Source: an uncultured Chloroflexia bacterium
GTDB taxonomy: Bacteria > Chloroflexota > Anaerolineae > B4-G1 > SLSP01
DNA: 64,000 nucleotides
Direction: 5' to 3'
Assembly (NCBI GenBank): GCA_963751345.1
Contig: CAVVUS010000011.1
Coordinates: 96,001 to 160,000 of the forward strand
The notes below the pieces were generated by a model. It did no database searches. It worked only from the letters and a program-made list of their open reading frames with translations, and was not told the DNA's origin. The position numbers were made by a program, and so were the translations under genes. Below, in pieces: positions 29,426 to 41,061 of the stretch (its first letter is position 1; every line of letters begins with the position of its first letter).

Positions 29426-31054
29426 TCAGTCGCTCAGCCCCGCGGCGTGACGTCTGGCTGCCGGGTCACCGGCGACGAGGTACTCGCCGCTGACAGGGTC
29501 GCGATAGAGCATCACCGGGGCGGCAATCGCGTTCTCGGTCGTCGTGACCTTGTGGTTGCGCTTGCCTAGGTCCTCCCGGACATCTTCGTCGACGGTCTCG
29601 TTCGTCGTCAGCGATCCTGCCTTGACAAAGGCCTTCTCCCGAACCGGGTTGGGATCGAAGGAGTCCTGGTGGTGGTACGTCGCGAAGCGCGGCTGCGTCA
29701 CCGCCGCAGCCGGCTCCATCCCGAAGTCGATGAAGTCGAGCAGCAGTTCTAGGGTCACCTGGTCCTGCAGATCGCCGCCGGCGACGCTGATCGCCAGCAC
29801 CGGCTCGCCGTCCTTGAGCACCAGGGTGGGCGTCAGCGTGATGCGCGGGCGCTTGCCGGGTGCGATGCAGTTGGGATGGCCTGGGGTCGTGTTGAGGCTC
29901 ACCAGGCGGTTGCCGAAGCTGACCCCTGACTGGCCGCTGCCTCCGGCGAGGTAGACGTTGGCGCTCGGCGTGGCTGCGACGAAGTTGCCCCAACGGTCGG
30001 CGACGACGCACGTCGTCGTGCCGCCCACGCCGGGCCGGAAGACGCCCGAAGCGGCGAGCGGCTCCATGGTGTAGGGATCGCCGGGCCTTGCCTCCTGTGA
30101 GGCGTGGGTCATATCAATCAGGGGGCGGCGGATCTCGGTGTAGGCGTCGGAGAGCAGGGCGTCCAGCGGCACGTCGACGAACTCCGGGTCGCCGTAGTAG
30201 GCGTCGCGGTCGGCCATCGCCAGCTTGAGCGCCTCGGTCACGACGTGGATAGTGTCGGCGGACAGAAGCCCCATGTTCTTGACGTCGAAGCCCTCCAGCA
30301 GGCGCAGCGCCTGGCAGAGATAGGGTCCCTGGGTCCACGGCCCGCACTTGTAGACGGTGTAGCCCCGGTACTCGGCCGAGACGGGCTCCTCGATCCGCGT
30401 CCGGTGATTTGCCAGGTCCTCTCGACGCAGGAATCCGCCCTTCTCGATGTAGAACGCCTCCAGTTCCTCGGCGATATCATTGTGCTCGGGGCGGCGCCCA
30501 TAGAAACGGTCGCAGGCTGCCTGGAGCCCTTCCTCGCGGCTCCCACCGGCGAGCTGCTCCTCCTCTATCATCCGGCGCAGCGTGTGCGCCAGCCTGGGGT
30601 GCCAGTCCTCTGTTCCCGCATCCAGCAATGCCAGGGCGGGCGCGGCGATCTCCGCGAACGTCTTGGTCCCGTAGTGCTGCACCGTGGTGATACACAGGTC
30701 GACCACCGAGGGCACCGGTGCCATCTTCATATCGGGCCACGGAATCCCGTTCTCCATATACCAGTCGATCGCGTCCTGTGACAGCGGGGCGCGGCCCTGG
30801 CCTGACAGCGCCTTGACTTCCTTGGTCTGTGCGCTGTAGATCAGCAGGGGTACCTCGCCGCCGATTGAGCACTCCCCGTGATCGGTGACGTTGAGCGCCA
30901 AGATGGTCGCCGCCGCGGCATCGGCGGCATTCCCGCCGCTATTCAGGAGCTCGATTCCGGCGGCGACAGCTCCCGCGCCCCCGGCCGCAACGACCCCGCT
31001 CTTGCTGGAAGCCTTCCAGCCGATCTGTCCAACGTCGATGTTGTCCATAGGCAT
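29426..31054 (-). CDS. ggt: Gamma-glutamyltransferase family Ntn hydrolase (cytoplasmic)
   Basis: GGNAADAA, LKLAMADRDAYYGDP, nucleophile GGTTT, NCIAPGKRP; no signal peptide. Confidence 0.85.
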   Translation of the reverse strand: MPMDNIDVGQIGWKASSKSGVVAAGGAGAVAAGIELLNSGGNAADAAAATILALNVTDHGECSIGGEVPLLIYSAQTKEVKALSGQGRAPLSQDAIDWYMENGIPWPDMKMAPVPSVVDLCITTVQHYGTKTFAEIAAPALALLDAGTEDWHPRLAHTLRRMIEEEQLAGGSREEGLQAACDRFYGRRPEHNDIAEELEAFYIEKGGFLRREDLANHRTRIEEPVSAEYRGYTVYKCGPWTQGPYLCQALRLLEGFDVKNMGLLSADTIHVVTEALKLAMADRDAYYGDPEFVDVPLDALLSDAYTEIRRPLIDMTHASQEARPGDPYTMEPLAASGVFRPGVGGTTTCVVADRWGNFVAATPSANVYLAGGSGQSGVSFGNRLVSLNTTPGHPNCIAPGKRPRITLTPTLVLKDGEPVLAISVAGGDLQDQVTLELLLDFIDFGMEPAAAVTQPRFATYHHQDSFDPNPVREKAFVKAGSLTTNETVDEDVREDLGKRNHKVTTTENAIAAPVMLYRDPVSGEYLVAGDPAARRHAAGLSD

Positions 31055-31266
31055 GATCTGTATTCCTTTGACTGTGCTGATCCGTGGTTTTTCGTGGTCC
31101 GATATCTGTGCGAGCAATCAGGACCCAGTATAGGCGAGGTGGCGCAGCCCGCCAGAAATGTACCCCCTTGATGCGCCTTTCGGTGGAGGTGCGGCGAGCG
31201 CACTGTCTGTATAGTGATACCGATGGCGAAATCATGAGGCAACATCATTCCGGAGGTCGTACTGAT

Positions 31267-32203
31267 ATGAAAAGCTATGCAATGATCACGGGTGCCACCG
31301 GTGGACTCGGTAAGGCGCTGGCGGCGGAGTGTGCGTCTGCGGGGATGGGATCTCTACTTGACGGACCTGCATGAGGAACCGCTCACCCGCGTCGCCCTAG
31401 GGTTGGAGCGCCTCTACAACGTCGACGTTCGCACTCACCTATGCGACCTGGCAGATCCCCAATCGCGCAACGCGCTCTGGACGGACGTGGCCAACCGTGG
31501 GATGCGGTTTCACTTTCTGGCCAATGTGGCCGGCGTCGATTTCGAGGGTCCCTTTATGGAGCGTCAGATCGATGATCTGCGAAGCATTCTGCGGGTCAAC
31601 GTTGAGGGGACCGTCGAGATGATCTGGCACGTCCTGGCGCATCGGGATCCGACCCGAACGCTACGTATCGTCAACGTGAGCAGCCTTGCAGGCTACTATC
31701 CTATGCCACTCAAGGCGACGTACGCCGCTTCGAAGCGTTTCCTGCTCGATATGTCGATTGCGCTGAACGCTGAGCTGCGCGGCGACGACGTCTCGGTGAC
31801 AGCGCTCTGCCCTGCCGGGATGCCGACCACGCCCGACGTGATTGAGAAGATCGAGGCTCAGGGCTTTATGGGGCGGGTTACGACGATGAACGTCGGCGAC
31901 GTTGCCCGCCGGACGGTGACCATGGCACTACGTGGACGGGCTGTCTACGTCCCTGGCGGCGCCAGCCAGACGCTCAGGGTGCTCGGTGGACTCGTGCCTG
32001 CGTCGCTCGTCGCGTCTCTCATCGGGAGGCGTTGGGCCGGGCGCCGCGAGGATGCGGATGGTGGCGGGAAGGCCGCTCCTTCATTGCCGACGGTGTCGTC
32101 AGTGACGCCGTCACCACTGACGACGCAGTCGTCGTCGATCCGGCCGAAGTGGTATCTGAGTATGCGCGAACTGACACTACTGCATTCAGGGGTGAGAAGA
32201 TGA
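31267..32203 (+). CDS. Short-chain dehydrogenase/reductase (frameshift near 31340)
   Basis: MKSYAMITGATGGLG then NVAG and YAASK; 3' end uncertain. Confidence 0.8.
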
Positions 32204-33144
32204 CAGAGAGCACGGATCTTGAGGGTAAGGCGATGGTGGTGACCGGGGCGACGTCGGGCATTGGGTTGGCTGCCCTGGGAGCTTTGGTGGCACGCGGTGC
32301 CTTTGTCGTGGGCGTTGGGCGCTCGGAGCTGCGCTGCCGGGAGGCCGAGCAGAGCGTCTTGGCCGCTCACCCCGAAGCAGCCGTGACCTTTTGCGTGGCC
32401 GATCTCGCGTCACAGCATCAGGTGCGGGGCTTGGCCGACCAGATCGCGGCGCGCCTGACGGCTGCCGGTTACGCCGGACTCGACGTACTGGTCAACAACG
32501 CCGGCACGGTGTCGAGCTGGTTTGTGGCCACGGAGGATGACTATGAGCTGCAGTTCGCGGTCAACCACTTGGCGCCCTTCTTGCTGACGCACGACTTACT
32601 GCCGCTGCTGCGGAGAGTCCCAGAGGCCCGCGTGATCGTCGTCAGTTCGGGCTCGCACCGGCGGGGGAAGATGCACTGGAAGGACGTGATGCTGCGGCGC
32701 CATTACAGCATCCTGAAGGCCTATAAGCAGTCCAAGCTCGCCAACGTGCTCTTTGTGGCGGAGCTGAACCGGCGTCTGGGCCAGGATGCATCGATTCGTG
32801 CCTACGCCGCCGATCCCGGGCTGGTGAATACCGAGATGGGGTTCAAGGGCACAGGGGGGCTCGCCCGTTGGGTCTGGGAGAGGCGTAGGGGCGGTGGCGT
32901 CAGCCCGGAGGAGGCTGCCAGGACCGTGGTCTTCCTGGCTACGGATCCCGAGGCGCAGTCGTCCCGCGGCATCTACTGGAAAGCGTGTCGCCCTGTCCGG
33001 CCCAGCAGAAGGGCGATGCGCCGAGAGGATGCGGCGCGACTGTGGGACCTCTCCTGCAGGCTCTGCGGCATCCCTTGGGAGCCACAGGCGGTGCCAGACG
33101 ACGCGGCGGCGCTGAGCTTGACCCTGGGGCATGGTGCCGTATAA
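32200..33144 (+). CDS. SDR, retinol dehydrogenase/WWOX-like
   Basis: TGATSGIG, NNAG, FAVNHLAPFLLT, YKQSKLAN, AARLWDLS. Confidence 0.9.
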   Translation: MTESTDLEGKAMVVTGATSGIGLAALGALVARGAFVVGVGRSELRCREAEQSVLAAHPEAAVTFCVADLASQHQVRGLADQIAARLTAAGYAGLDVLVNNAGTVSSWFVATEDDYELQFAVNHLAPFLLTHDLLPLLRRVPEARVIVVSSGSHRRGKMHWKDVMLRRHYSILKAYKQSKLANVLFVAELNRRLGQDASIRAYAADPGLVNTEMGFKGTGGLARWVWERRRGGGVSPEEAARTVVFLATDPEAQSSRGIYWKACRPVRPSRRAMRREDAARLWDLSCRLCGIPWEPQAVPDDAAALSLTLGHGAV

Positions 33145-33186
33145 CACGCACAGAACCCAGGCCGGCTTAGCGAGGAAGAAGATACT

Positions 33187-34360
33187 ATGGAATTCGATTT
33201 CGCCGATATCCCCGTTGTCGATGGCCACATTCACTTCGGTGAGCCCGGACGGATGGATGACATTCTCAAGATCATGGACATTGTGCCCTTCACCAGGGTG
33301 AACCTCGTGAGCGTGCCCCATCCCGCCATGCTCAACCAGAACGCCGCCCTGATCTACTTCAAGGCTACCACGGGAGACAAGGCCTATCTCTCGGGCGGGC
33401 TGGACTACAGCGAGGTCGTGGCTGACCATCTGCAGCCCGGAGAGGATTGGGGCCAGGTGGACTGGGAGCGTGTCGATCCTGAGGCAATGTCGGCAACGCT
33501 TGGACGCCAGATCGCCACGCTGAAGGCGATGGGCTTCGACGGGCTCAAGCTTATCGAGGGAAAGCCGACATTTCGCAAGCAGGTCCCGATCCCGCTCGAT
33601 GCGCCCCACTATGAGGGGATGTGGGCGGCGCTCGAGGCACAGGAGATGCCGGTCATCTTCCACGTTGCCGATCCGGAGGAAGACTGGGACGAGGCGCACG
33701 CCACCCCTTGGGCCAAGGAACACGGCTGGTTCTACGGCGATGGGACATTCCCAACCAAGGAGGCCCTGTACGCGGAGGTGGACGCCGTTCTCGCCCGCCA
33801 CCCAGGTCTCAAGCTCGTCTTCGCCCATTTCTACTTCCTGTCCGCAGACCTCGAACGAGCCGCGAGCTTCTTCGATCGCCATCCCCGCGTCTGCTTCGAT
33901 CTGACGCCGGGCAACGAGATGATCAGCAACTTCACCCGCAACTATGATGCCGCGCGGGATTTCTTCATGACGTATCAGGATCGGTTGGTGTACGGTACCG
34001 ATATCGCGACGTGGGGATTGCAGCGCGAGGGGGGGATGGCCCACGCGCTGGGCACCGCCTGGGCTGTGCGAATGTACCTTGAGAAGGACGACGTCTTCGA
34101 GCCGCCGGAGGCGTTGTCGCACTGGCGTGAGGCGGACCTCGATGGGTTCCGCGGCTTCGCGCTCCCACGTGACGTGCTGGAACGCATCTACCACGGCAAC
34201 TTCGAACGCGTCTTTGGCAAGGCTGCCCGCCCCACTCAACCGGGATGCTGCGACGGTGGAGCTGATGCGGATGGCGAGCCAGATCGACCGGCAGGCCGGG
34301 GAGGCAGGGGGTATCAATCCCGCGCGCGAGGTCCTGCAGGCGCTCGGGAGGGACGGATGA
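33187..34360 (+). CDS. Amidohydrolase_2 family metal-dependent hydrolase (frameshift near 34225)
   Basis: VDGHIH, FHVAD, FAHF, VYGTD, IYHGNF; C-terminus in ORF 34079-34360. Confidence 0.8.
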
Positions 34361-35482
34361 AGACGTACCGCGTTGGTATCATCGGCTTTGCACACATGCA
34401 TGTGAATGAGGTCGCGGTCCACTATGCAGAGCATCCTCAGGTCGAGTGGGTCGCCTGTGCTGACACGGTGCCACTCCGACCCGAGCTGCGGGATGTACCC
34501 TATACCAGGGTCTGGAATATGCAGCACGCCCTGAAGCATTTCGGGATTCCCAAAGGCTACGATGACTACCGTGAGATGCTCGATCAGGAGGAATTCGACC
34601 TGATCATCGTGCAGTCGGAGAACGCCCAGCATGCCGACATCGTCGAAGCCTGTGCTGCTCGGGGCGTCAATTGCCAAGTGGAGAAGCCGATGGCGCCCTC
34701 GCTTCCCGATGCTCTCCGGATGGTCAGGGCCGTCAAAGCTGCCGGGACCGCGATCTTCATCAACTGGCCCTTGACGTGGTCCACGGCGGCGCGGAAGGCG
34801 AAGGAGCTGGTGGATGCGGGCGTGATTGGTCGAGTCCTTGAAGTGAAGTGGCGTGCCGGGCACACGGGTCCCCTGGGCCTCTGGCACCATGCATTTGGGG
34901 ATGAGCGACGAGATGGCGCCCATGACCGGTCCGGAGCGGGGAGCAACGTGGTGGCATCAGGCCGACGCGGGCGGTGGGGCTATGTTGGACTACTGCAGCT
35001 ACGGCTCTATGGTGTCACGCTGGTATATCGGGGAGCAGGCGACTGCCGCACTGGGTCTCAAGGCAAACCTCGACAGCCACTGGGGGGACGCTGATGACAA
35101 TGCGGCTATGCTGGTCCGGTTCCCAGGCGCCATGGCAGTGCTGGAGGGGTCGTGGACCACGTGGGATCACGGCTTCCCCATCGGATCGATCCTCTACGGC
35201 ACGACGGGCACGCTCGTGGCAGAAAGGACGGATGACGAGCAGTCTGTCCGCGTCGAGCGCGGGCACGGACGGACGGAGATCTACCCGCCGGATCCGTTGC
35301 CGGAGGGCCGCGAGGACGTGGCTGCGGAGATCGTGCACCATCTGGAGACGGGCGATCCTGTGCACCAGACGATGGAGATGATGTTCAACCTCGAGGCCAT
35401 GGCCATTCTCGATGCCGGCGTTCGCTCGGCTGCTACCGGCAAACTGGAGGCTGTGGACAGCGCCACCTGGTGCATCGGATAG
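34357..35482 (+). CDS. Gfo/Idh/MocA oxidoreductase (frameshift near 34875)
   Basis: MKTYRVGIIGFAHMH, EKPMA, GGGAMLDYCSYG. Confidence 0.85.
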
Positions 35483-35562
35483 GCCACGACGACGGTTCGA
35501 GGTTGACAAGGGTTCGAACATCGGGACCTTCGAGGTCCTCTCGCACACAAGGAGGCATACCA

Positions 35563-36675
35563 ATGACCAGAACCTACCGACTCGGCGTGCTCGGTTTCGC
35601 CCATATGCACGTCAGAGACCTGATGGAGCCGTTCACGGCTCTGCCCAACGTGGAGTGGGTGGCCTGTGCCGACACGGTCCCCAGCGTGCCGACGACGGCA
35701 CAGAAGCCGGCCAGCCGGCCGGCGAACATGCGGTACGCACAGGAGAGGACCGGCATCTCGAGGGTGTACGCGGATTACCACGAGATGCTCGACCAGGAGG
35801 AGCTGGACATCGTCATCTTCTGCCCGGAGAACGCGCAGCACGGCGAGGTCGCCGAGGCGCTCGCCGCCAGGGGCATCCATATGGTCACGGAGAAGCCTAT
35901 GGCTGCGACGCTGTCCGAGGCGCTGAGGATGGCCAGAGCCGCCAGGGCGAACGACGTCACCCTCATCGTCAACTGGCCGATCGCCTGGGCGCCAGGGGTG
36001 CGCAAGATGAAATCCCTGATCGATGCGGGTGAGATCGGCGACCTCTGCGAGGTGAAATGGCGCAACGGGTCGTCGATGGGGCCGCTGTCGTACTCGGTCG
36101 GCGCGGATGCCTGGACCGACTCGGAGAAGGGCGCTGAGTGGTGGCATCACGCCGCTGCCGGCGGGGGGGCGCTCTTCGATTACTGCTCGTACGGTGCCTG
36201 TCTTTCGCGTTGGCTCATTGGGGAGCCGGCGGTGGCGGCCATCGCCATGAAAGCGAATATCGCCAGCCACTACGGAGATGCGGATGACAACGCCGTTATC
36301 ACGGTGCGCTTCCCCCGGTCGCTCGCGGTCCTGGAAGGCACATGGACCTCGTTGAGTCCCGGCCCGGACGCCAGCATGATCGCCTATGGGACGGAGGGCA
36401 CGATGGTTGCCGGGCGCGGCGACGTCAGGATCTACACCACACGCAGCTACTATGCCCTGGAGCCCGACCGTGTCATCGAGGCGGAGCCCCTGCCTGAGGG
36501 CCGCGCGACGCTTGCCGAGGAGTTCATCCACCACCTGGAGACCGGCGAACCGCTCCATCCCACACTGCAGTTGGACTTCAATCTTGAGGCGATGGCGATC
36601 CTGGACGCAGGGGTCCGCTCCGCTGCCAGCGGCAAGCTGGAGACGGTTGACAACGCCACGTGGCGTATTGGGTAG
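35563..36675 (+). CDS. Gfo/Idh/MocA oxidoreductase, tandem paralog of the upstream gene
   Basis: LGVLGFAHMH, EKPMA, GGGALFDYCSYG. Confidence 0.9.
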   Translation: MTRTYRLGVLGFAHMHVRDLMEPFTALPNVEWVACADTVPSVPTTAQKPASRPANMRYAQERTGISRVYADYHEMLDQEELDIVIFCPENAQHGEVAEALAARGIHMVTEKPMAATLSEALRMARAARANDVTLIVNWPIAWAPGVRKMKSLIDAGEIGDLCEVKWRNGSSMGPLSYSVGADAWTDSEKGAEWWHHAAAGGGALFDYCSYGACLSRWLIGEPAVAAIAMKANIASHYGDADDNAVITVRFPRSLAVLEGTWTSLSPGPDASMIAYGTEGTMVAGRGDVRIYTTRSYYALEPDRVIEAEPLPEGRATLAEEFIHHLETGEPLHPTLQLDFNLEAMAILDAGVRSAASGKLETVDNATWRIG

Positions 36676-36682
36676 GCAAGCT

Positions 36683-37726
36683 ATGGATGAAGTACGAGCC
36701 GCCGTCGTGGGTCTTGGTATCGGTCGGGCGAATGGACGTTCGCTGCAGAAGAACCCGAGGTGCCGCGTTACCGCCATCTGCGACATCATCGAGTGGAAGA
36801 TGGACGACTACGCGGACGAGCTGCCGGAACCCGTCAAGAAGTACGTGGACTACCGAGAGCTCTGTGAGGATCCTGACATCGACGCCGTGATGGTCGCAAC
36901 GCCGAACCCGGTGCACGTTCCCGTCGCGCTGGAGGCGGTCAAGCACGGGAAACACGTGCTGGTCACAAAACCGCTGGCCGATTCCGAGGAGGCGGCCCGC
37001 GAGTTGGTCGAGGCGGCGGAGGCTGCGGGCGTGGTCAACATGATGTCGCTGGGCATCCGCTTCAGCACGCCCACGATGTACCTCAAGGGGTTGCTGGACC
37101 GGGGTGATCTCGGCGACCTCTACTACGCGCGCGCTCGCAGCGTGCGTCGCAGTGGGATCCCGGATTGGAACTCGGCGTTTATCGAGCCGGGCGGTGGTGC
37201 CTTCCGCGACATGGGGGTTCACGTGCTCGACACCGTCTGGTGGCTGTTGGGAAAGCCCAAGCCTGTCAGCGTGGTCGGGGTGGGTGGGGCCAAGTTCGGC
37301 CCTCACGGCGAGGGCTACTGGGACTTCAGGGTCCCGCCTGGTGCCTATTCCGATCTGTTTGGGGTGGACGACTATGCGGGCGGTTTCATCCGCTTCGAGG
37401 GCGATGTCGGGCTCCAGATCGAGAGCTTCTGGGCATGTCATCAGCACCCAACGGAAGAGACGCAGGTGGAGCTTTTCGGCACCGAGGCCGGCGCACGTCT
37501 ACGTCCATTGACGATCTACCGCACCGTTGATGGCGTGCCACAGGACACGGAGGTGACGTTCCCCACGATGTCGCAAGGATTCGACATGGTGGCGGACCAC
37601 TTCGTCGAGTGTATCCTTGACGGCGTGGCATGTGAGGCGCCACTGCGCCACGGGTTGATCGTTCAACAGATGATGGAAGGGTTGCTCCGGAGTGCTAAGA
37701 CGGGACGAGAGGTCCGTTGGGACTAG
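36683..37726 (+). CDS. Gfo/Idh/MocA oxidoreductase
   Basis: VVGLGIG, VATPNPVH, TKPLA, GGGAFRDMGVH. Confidence 0.9.
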   Translation: MDEVRAAVVGLGIGRANGRSLQKNPRCRVTAICDIIEWKMDDYADELPEPVKKYVDYRELCEDPDIDAVMVATPNPVHVPVALEAVKHGKHVLVTKPLADSEEAARELVEAAEAAGVVNMMSLGIRFSTPTMYLKGLLDRGDLGDLYYARARSVRRSGIPDWNSAFIEPGGGAFRDMGVHVLDTVWWLLGKPKPVSVVGVGGAKFGPHGEGYWDFRVPPGAYSDLFGVDDYAGGFIRFEGDVGLQIESFWACHQHPTEETQVELFGTEAGARLRPLTIYRTVDGVPQDTEVTFPTMSQGFDMVADHFVECILDGVACEAPLRHGLIVQQMMEGLLRSAKTGREVRWD

Positions 37727-37763
37727 CGAGCCGGATGCCCCAGAGCTATAGGACCGCCATGTC

Positions 37764-38264
37764 GTGAGCAAATCCGAGATTCCAATGACACGCGGCGTAC
37801 GGGTGCTGCAGAGCAAGAAGATCCCGTTTGTTCCCCACGAGTACCCATTCGAGGTGCACGGTGGCACCCGCCACGCGGCGGCGTGCCTCGAGGTCGACGA
37901 GCACGCCGTGATCAAGACCCTGGTGATGGAGCCGGACGTCGGGAAGCCGTTCCTGGTCCTGATGCACGGTGACCGGGAGGTCTCTACAAAGAGCCTGGCA
38001 CGCGCCTTGGGGACAAAGTCGGTCGCGCCGTGCGCCGTCGAAAAGGCCGAGCGTGTCACAGGTTACCGGGTGGGCGGCATCAGTCCGTTCGGGACGCGCC
38101 AACCGCTGCCGGTCTACGTCGAAGCCGGGGTGCTGGGGCTGCCGCGGATCTACATCAACGGTGGCAAGCGTGGCTTCCTGGTCGAGATCGACCCCACCGA
38201 CCTGCGGAGGGCCTTCCCGATTCGAGAAATCGAGGCGGCGATCGAACCACAGCACGGCGGATGA
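37764..38264 (+). CDS. ybaK: YbaK / Cys-tRNA(Pro) deacylase
   Basis: VIKTLV, TGYRVGGISPFG, INGGKRG. Confidence 0.88.
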   Translation: MSKSEIPMTRGVRVLQSKKIPFVPHEYPFEVHGGTRHAAACLEVDEHAVIKTLVMEPDVGKPFLVLMHGDREVSTKSLARALGTKSVAPCAVEKAERVTGYRVGGISPFGTRQPLPVYVEAGVLGLPRIYINGGKRGFLVEIDPTDLRRAFPIREIEAAIEPQHGG

Positions 38265-38307
38265 CTGACCCACGTTGTCGAGCTAGGGAAGAGAGGGAGA
38301 TAGGGGA

Positions 38308-39112
38308 ATGATAGAGCTACCTACTACGGTATTGGGGCGGACGGGCCTGAAGGTGACCCGGCTCGGCATCGGCGGCGCCTACTGCGAATCGGCCGATGAC
38401 TACCGCGCGGCGTTGGACCTCGGCGTCACCTATCTGGACACGGCCAGGAACTACCGAGACGGCGATGATGAACGCGTGATCGGCGAGGCGATCTCCGGTC
38501 GCCGGCACGAGATCGTGCTTGCCTCAAAGAGTGACAAGCGCGATGCGCAGGGCGCCAGAGGAGACCTGGAGACCTCGCTACGACTCCTCGGGACGGACTA
38601 TCTCGACGTCTGGCAGATCCACTACCTGAACACGGCGGAGGAGCGCGAGAAGGTATTGGGTCCGGGTGGCGCATATGAGGCTGCGGTCAAGGCTCGCGAG
38701 CAGGGGCTCGTGCGCTTCATCGGGGTCACGGGCCACGTCTGGCCCGAAGTCGCCAAGGCGGTGGCGACCGGGCTATTCGATACCGTTCTCTGCTGGTACA
38801 ACTGCGCCAAGCCCGAGCCGGAGACGACCGTCTTCCCGGAGGCCGCCGCCCACGGGACGGGGGTCGTCATCATGAACGCGACGAGCACCGACAAGCTACT
38901 CGAGGCCGATGACGTGCCCCCGCTGCCCGGGTTCTACCGTTATGTGCTCGGCTCATCCCACAGTCAACGTCGTCCTGCGCGGGCTGCGCGACGTGGCGCC
39001 CTTCCGGCAGGTCGCCGAGGCACTGGCCGAGCGGGCCACGCTCGCGCCCGGCGAGAAAGAGCGATATGAGGCCTACGGCGCGCGCATGCGGGCCGCAGGC
39101 AAGTTGGGGTAA
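38308..39112 (+). CDS. Aldo/keto reductase (frameshift near 38955)
   Basis: LGRTGLKVTRLGIG, DTARNY, SLRLLGTDYLDVWQIH, GLVRFIGVTGH. Confidence 0.85.
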
Positions 39113-39215
39113 GCAGCCGATTCAGGACTGAGCCCGGCAGCAGCCGACGTCGCCCTGGGGAGTATCTGAGAACACAGACCCCGGAGCATTGGCTGCAGCC
39201 TGAGATTGAGGATCC

Positions 39216-39247
39216 TGCGCAGCCCCCGGTGTTTCCGGGGGCTGCGT
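39216..39247. terminator. GC-rich hairpin between convergent genes
   Basis: GCAGCCCCCGG-tgttt-CCGGGGGCTGC. Confidence 0.5.
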
Positions 39248-39299
39248 GCATGGTGTGCAGCCGGCAGTAGGGTCGGACGCGGTGACCCTGAGCCGGAGT

Positions 39300-40908
39300 C
39301 TACGGGGTGGGGGTGGCGGCTGGTGCGGGCAGGAACGACCAGACGGTCGTAATGCCGACGCCCTTCACATAGACCCAACCGTCGTACGCCGCCGGCTTGT
39401 AGGCGAAGTTGCCCTCCGGTGCCACTAGCGGGATCATCGGCACGACGTTGGAGAACGTCATTTGGACGTTGCCGCTGGCCACATCCAGCGCTGATGGATC
39501 GACCGTCAAGGCGTATTGGGCCATCTCGCTCTGCAGTTGGGCATCGACCAGCCCTGAGAGATTCGCCCACCCGAGGGTTGCGGGATCCGCGATCATGTAC
39601 TGCAAGAACCCACGCTGGAGCTGGGTCTCGCGGGACCAACGCCAGATCGCGATGTCGTAGTTCGGGTTGGCCACGGCGACGTGATTTGGCCAGATGGCGC
39701 TGGTTTCGGTGGTCAGGTCCTGGCAATCCTGGTGCGCCCCGATCCCGACGTCCTTGAGCCAACCCACGATCAGGTCAGTCGCCTGAACCTCGAATGGGTC
39801 GTTGGAATCGCAGAGGATCGCGAAATCGGTTGGCGCCCCGTCCCACTCGCGAATGCCGTCCCCGTTGCTGTCCGTCACGCCCACAAACTCCAGGAGCGCC
39901 TGAGCAGCGACCGGATCATAGTCGTACGGGACATCGATGGCCCAGGGCAGTTCCGGATCATAGTAGCTGGAGGGGAGCGCCGTACCGTGGCCCTGCAGAA
40001 CGGTATCGACAAGCGTCTGGGAATCGATGGCCAATAGGATGGCCTCCCGCATCTTGTTCTGATCGAAGGGGGGACGCGAGCCATTGGTGTAGAGTACGTA
40101 GTTGGTGAAATCCGAACCCGCAGATAGTTGGACGCCCGTCGTGCCTGTCAGGCCGGCGAGTTGATCGGGCGTGGCCGAGGAGAGCATTGCGGCCACCTGC
40201 CGCGAGCCAAGTTGTTCGACCTGTTGTGCCGGATCCGTCACGACCTTGGCGACGATGCCGGGAACTTGCGGCTGGCCGCGAAAGTAGTCTGGGTTGGCCT
40301 CAAATGTGTACGATTGGCCCGCCACGACCTCGGTAAGTTTGTAGGCACCGGTCCCGATGGTGCCCTGGAAATCGATCGGCGCACCGCTCACTGCTTGCTG
40401 ATTCCCCCAGAGGTGCTGGGGCATAATGTAGTAGTGGGCCAGCACGTCGTTCATGAAGAATGCGTAAGGCTGCGATAGGTTAATGATGAGCGCGAAATCG
40501 CCGCGAGCCTCCATACTGTCGATGACCGAGAGATTCCTTGCCTGTCCCGGAGTCTTTGAGGAACTGGTAGCTGAAAATGACGTCCTGCGCGGTGAAGGGT
40601 TGGCCGTCATGCCATCTGACGTCGTTCCGCAGCGCGATCTGCCAGGTGAGTCCATCGGTGCTCAGGGTCGCGTTCGTCGCGAGCGATGGAATCGGGTTCA
40701 AATCAGGGTCGAGGGTGTACAGGGAGTCGTAAACCCACCCGAGCATCCAGTAACCTGTGTCGGTATTATAGTTCACCGGTGTGAGCAGCCCTTCATCGCT
40801 GCCGATAATCACGGTAAGGGGACCTGACTGTACTGGGGCTCCACAGGCCGAGAGGATCAAACTGGCCGTGAAAAACACGGCGACAAGTATCAAGGTGCGG
40901 CGTTTCAT
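39300..40908 (-). CDS. ABC transporter substrate-binding lipoprotein, family 5 (peptide/nickel), frameshift near 40545
   Basis: MKRR...LILSAC lipobox, VRWHDGQPFTAQDV, IGTGAYKL, ANPDYF, DSNGDGIRE. Confidence 0.85.
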
Positions 40909-41061
40909 CTGAACTCCTCCACTCATCATTGATGCCTCAGCTCGAGAGGCTATGGGCCCACATTCTACCACAGAAGACGGCTCTGCTGTCAGTACCGCTA
41001 AGTGGTGCGCTCCAGGCTAGGCCGAAGTACCGGAATTTGTACAATATATATCATATAATTA

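Noticed and set aside
33187-35094. Apparent amidohydrolase-Gfo/Idh/MocA fusion (635 aa)
   Set aside because: The junction is low-complexity, out-of-frame text. The true amidohydrolase end is in ORF 34079-34360 and overlaps the next ATG (ATGA), so this is an indel artefact.
35490-35525. GGTTCGA motifs suggesting a tRNA T-loop
   Set aside because: No cloverleaf or acceptor stem can be formed
32596-36789. Long antisense ORFs (775 aa at 32596-34923, 502 aa at 35281-36789; similar ones at 55075-56559 and 62186-63442)
   Set aside because: Shadow frames of GC-rich genes on the opposite strand with no recognisable motifs
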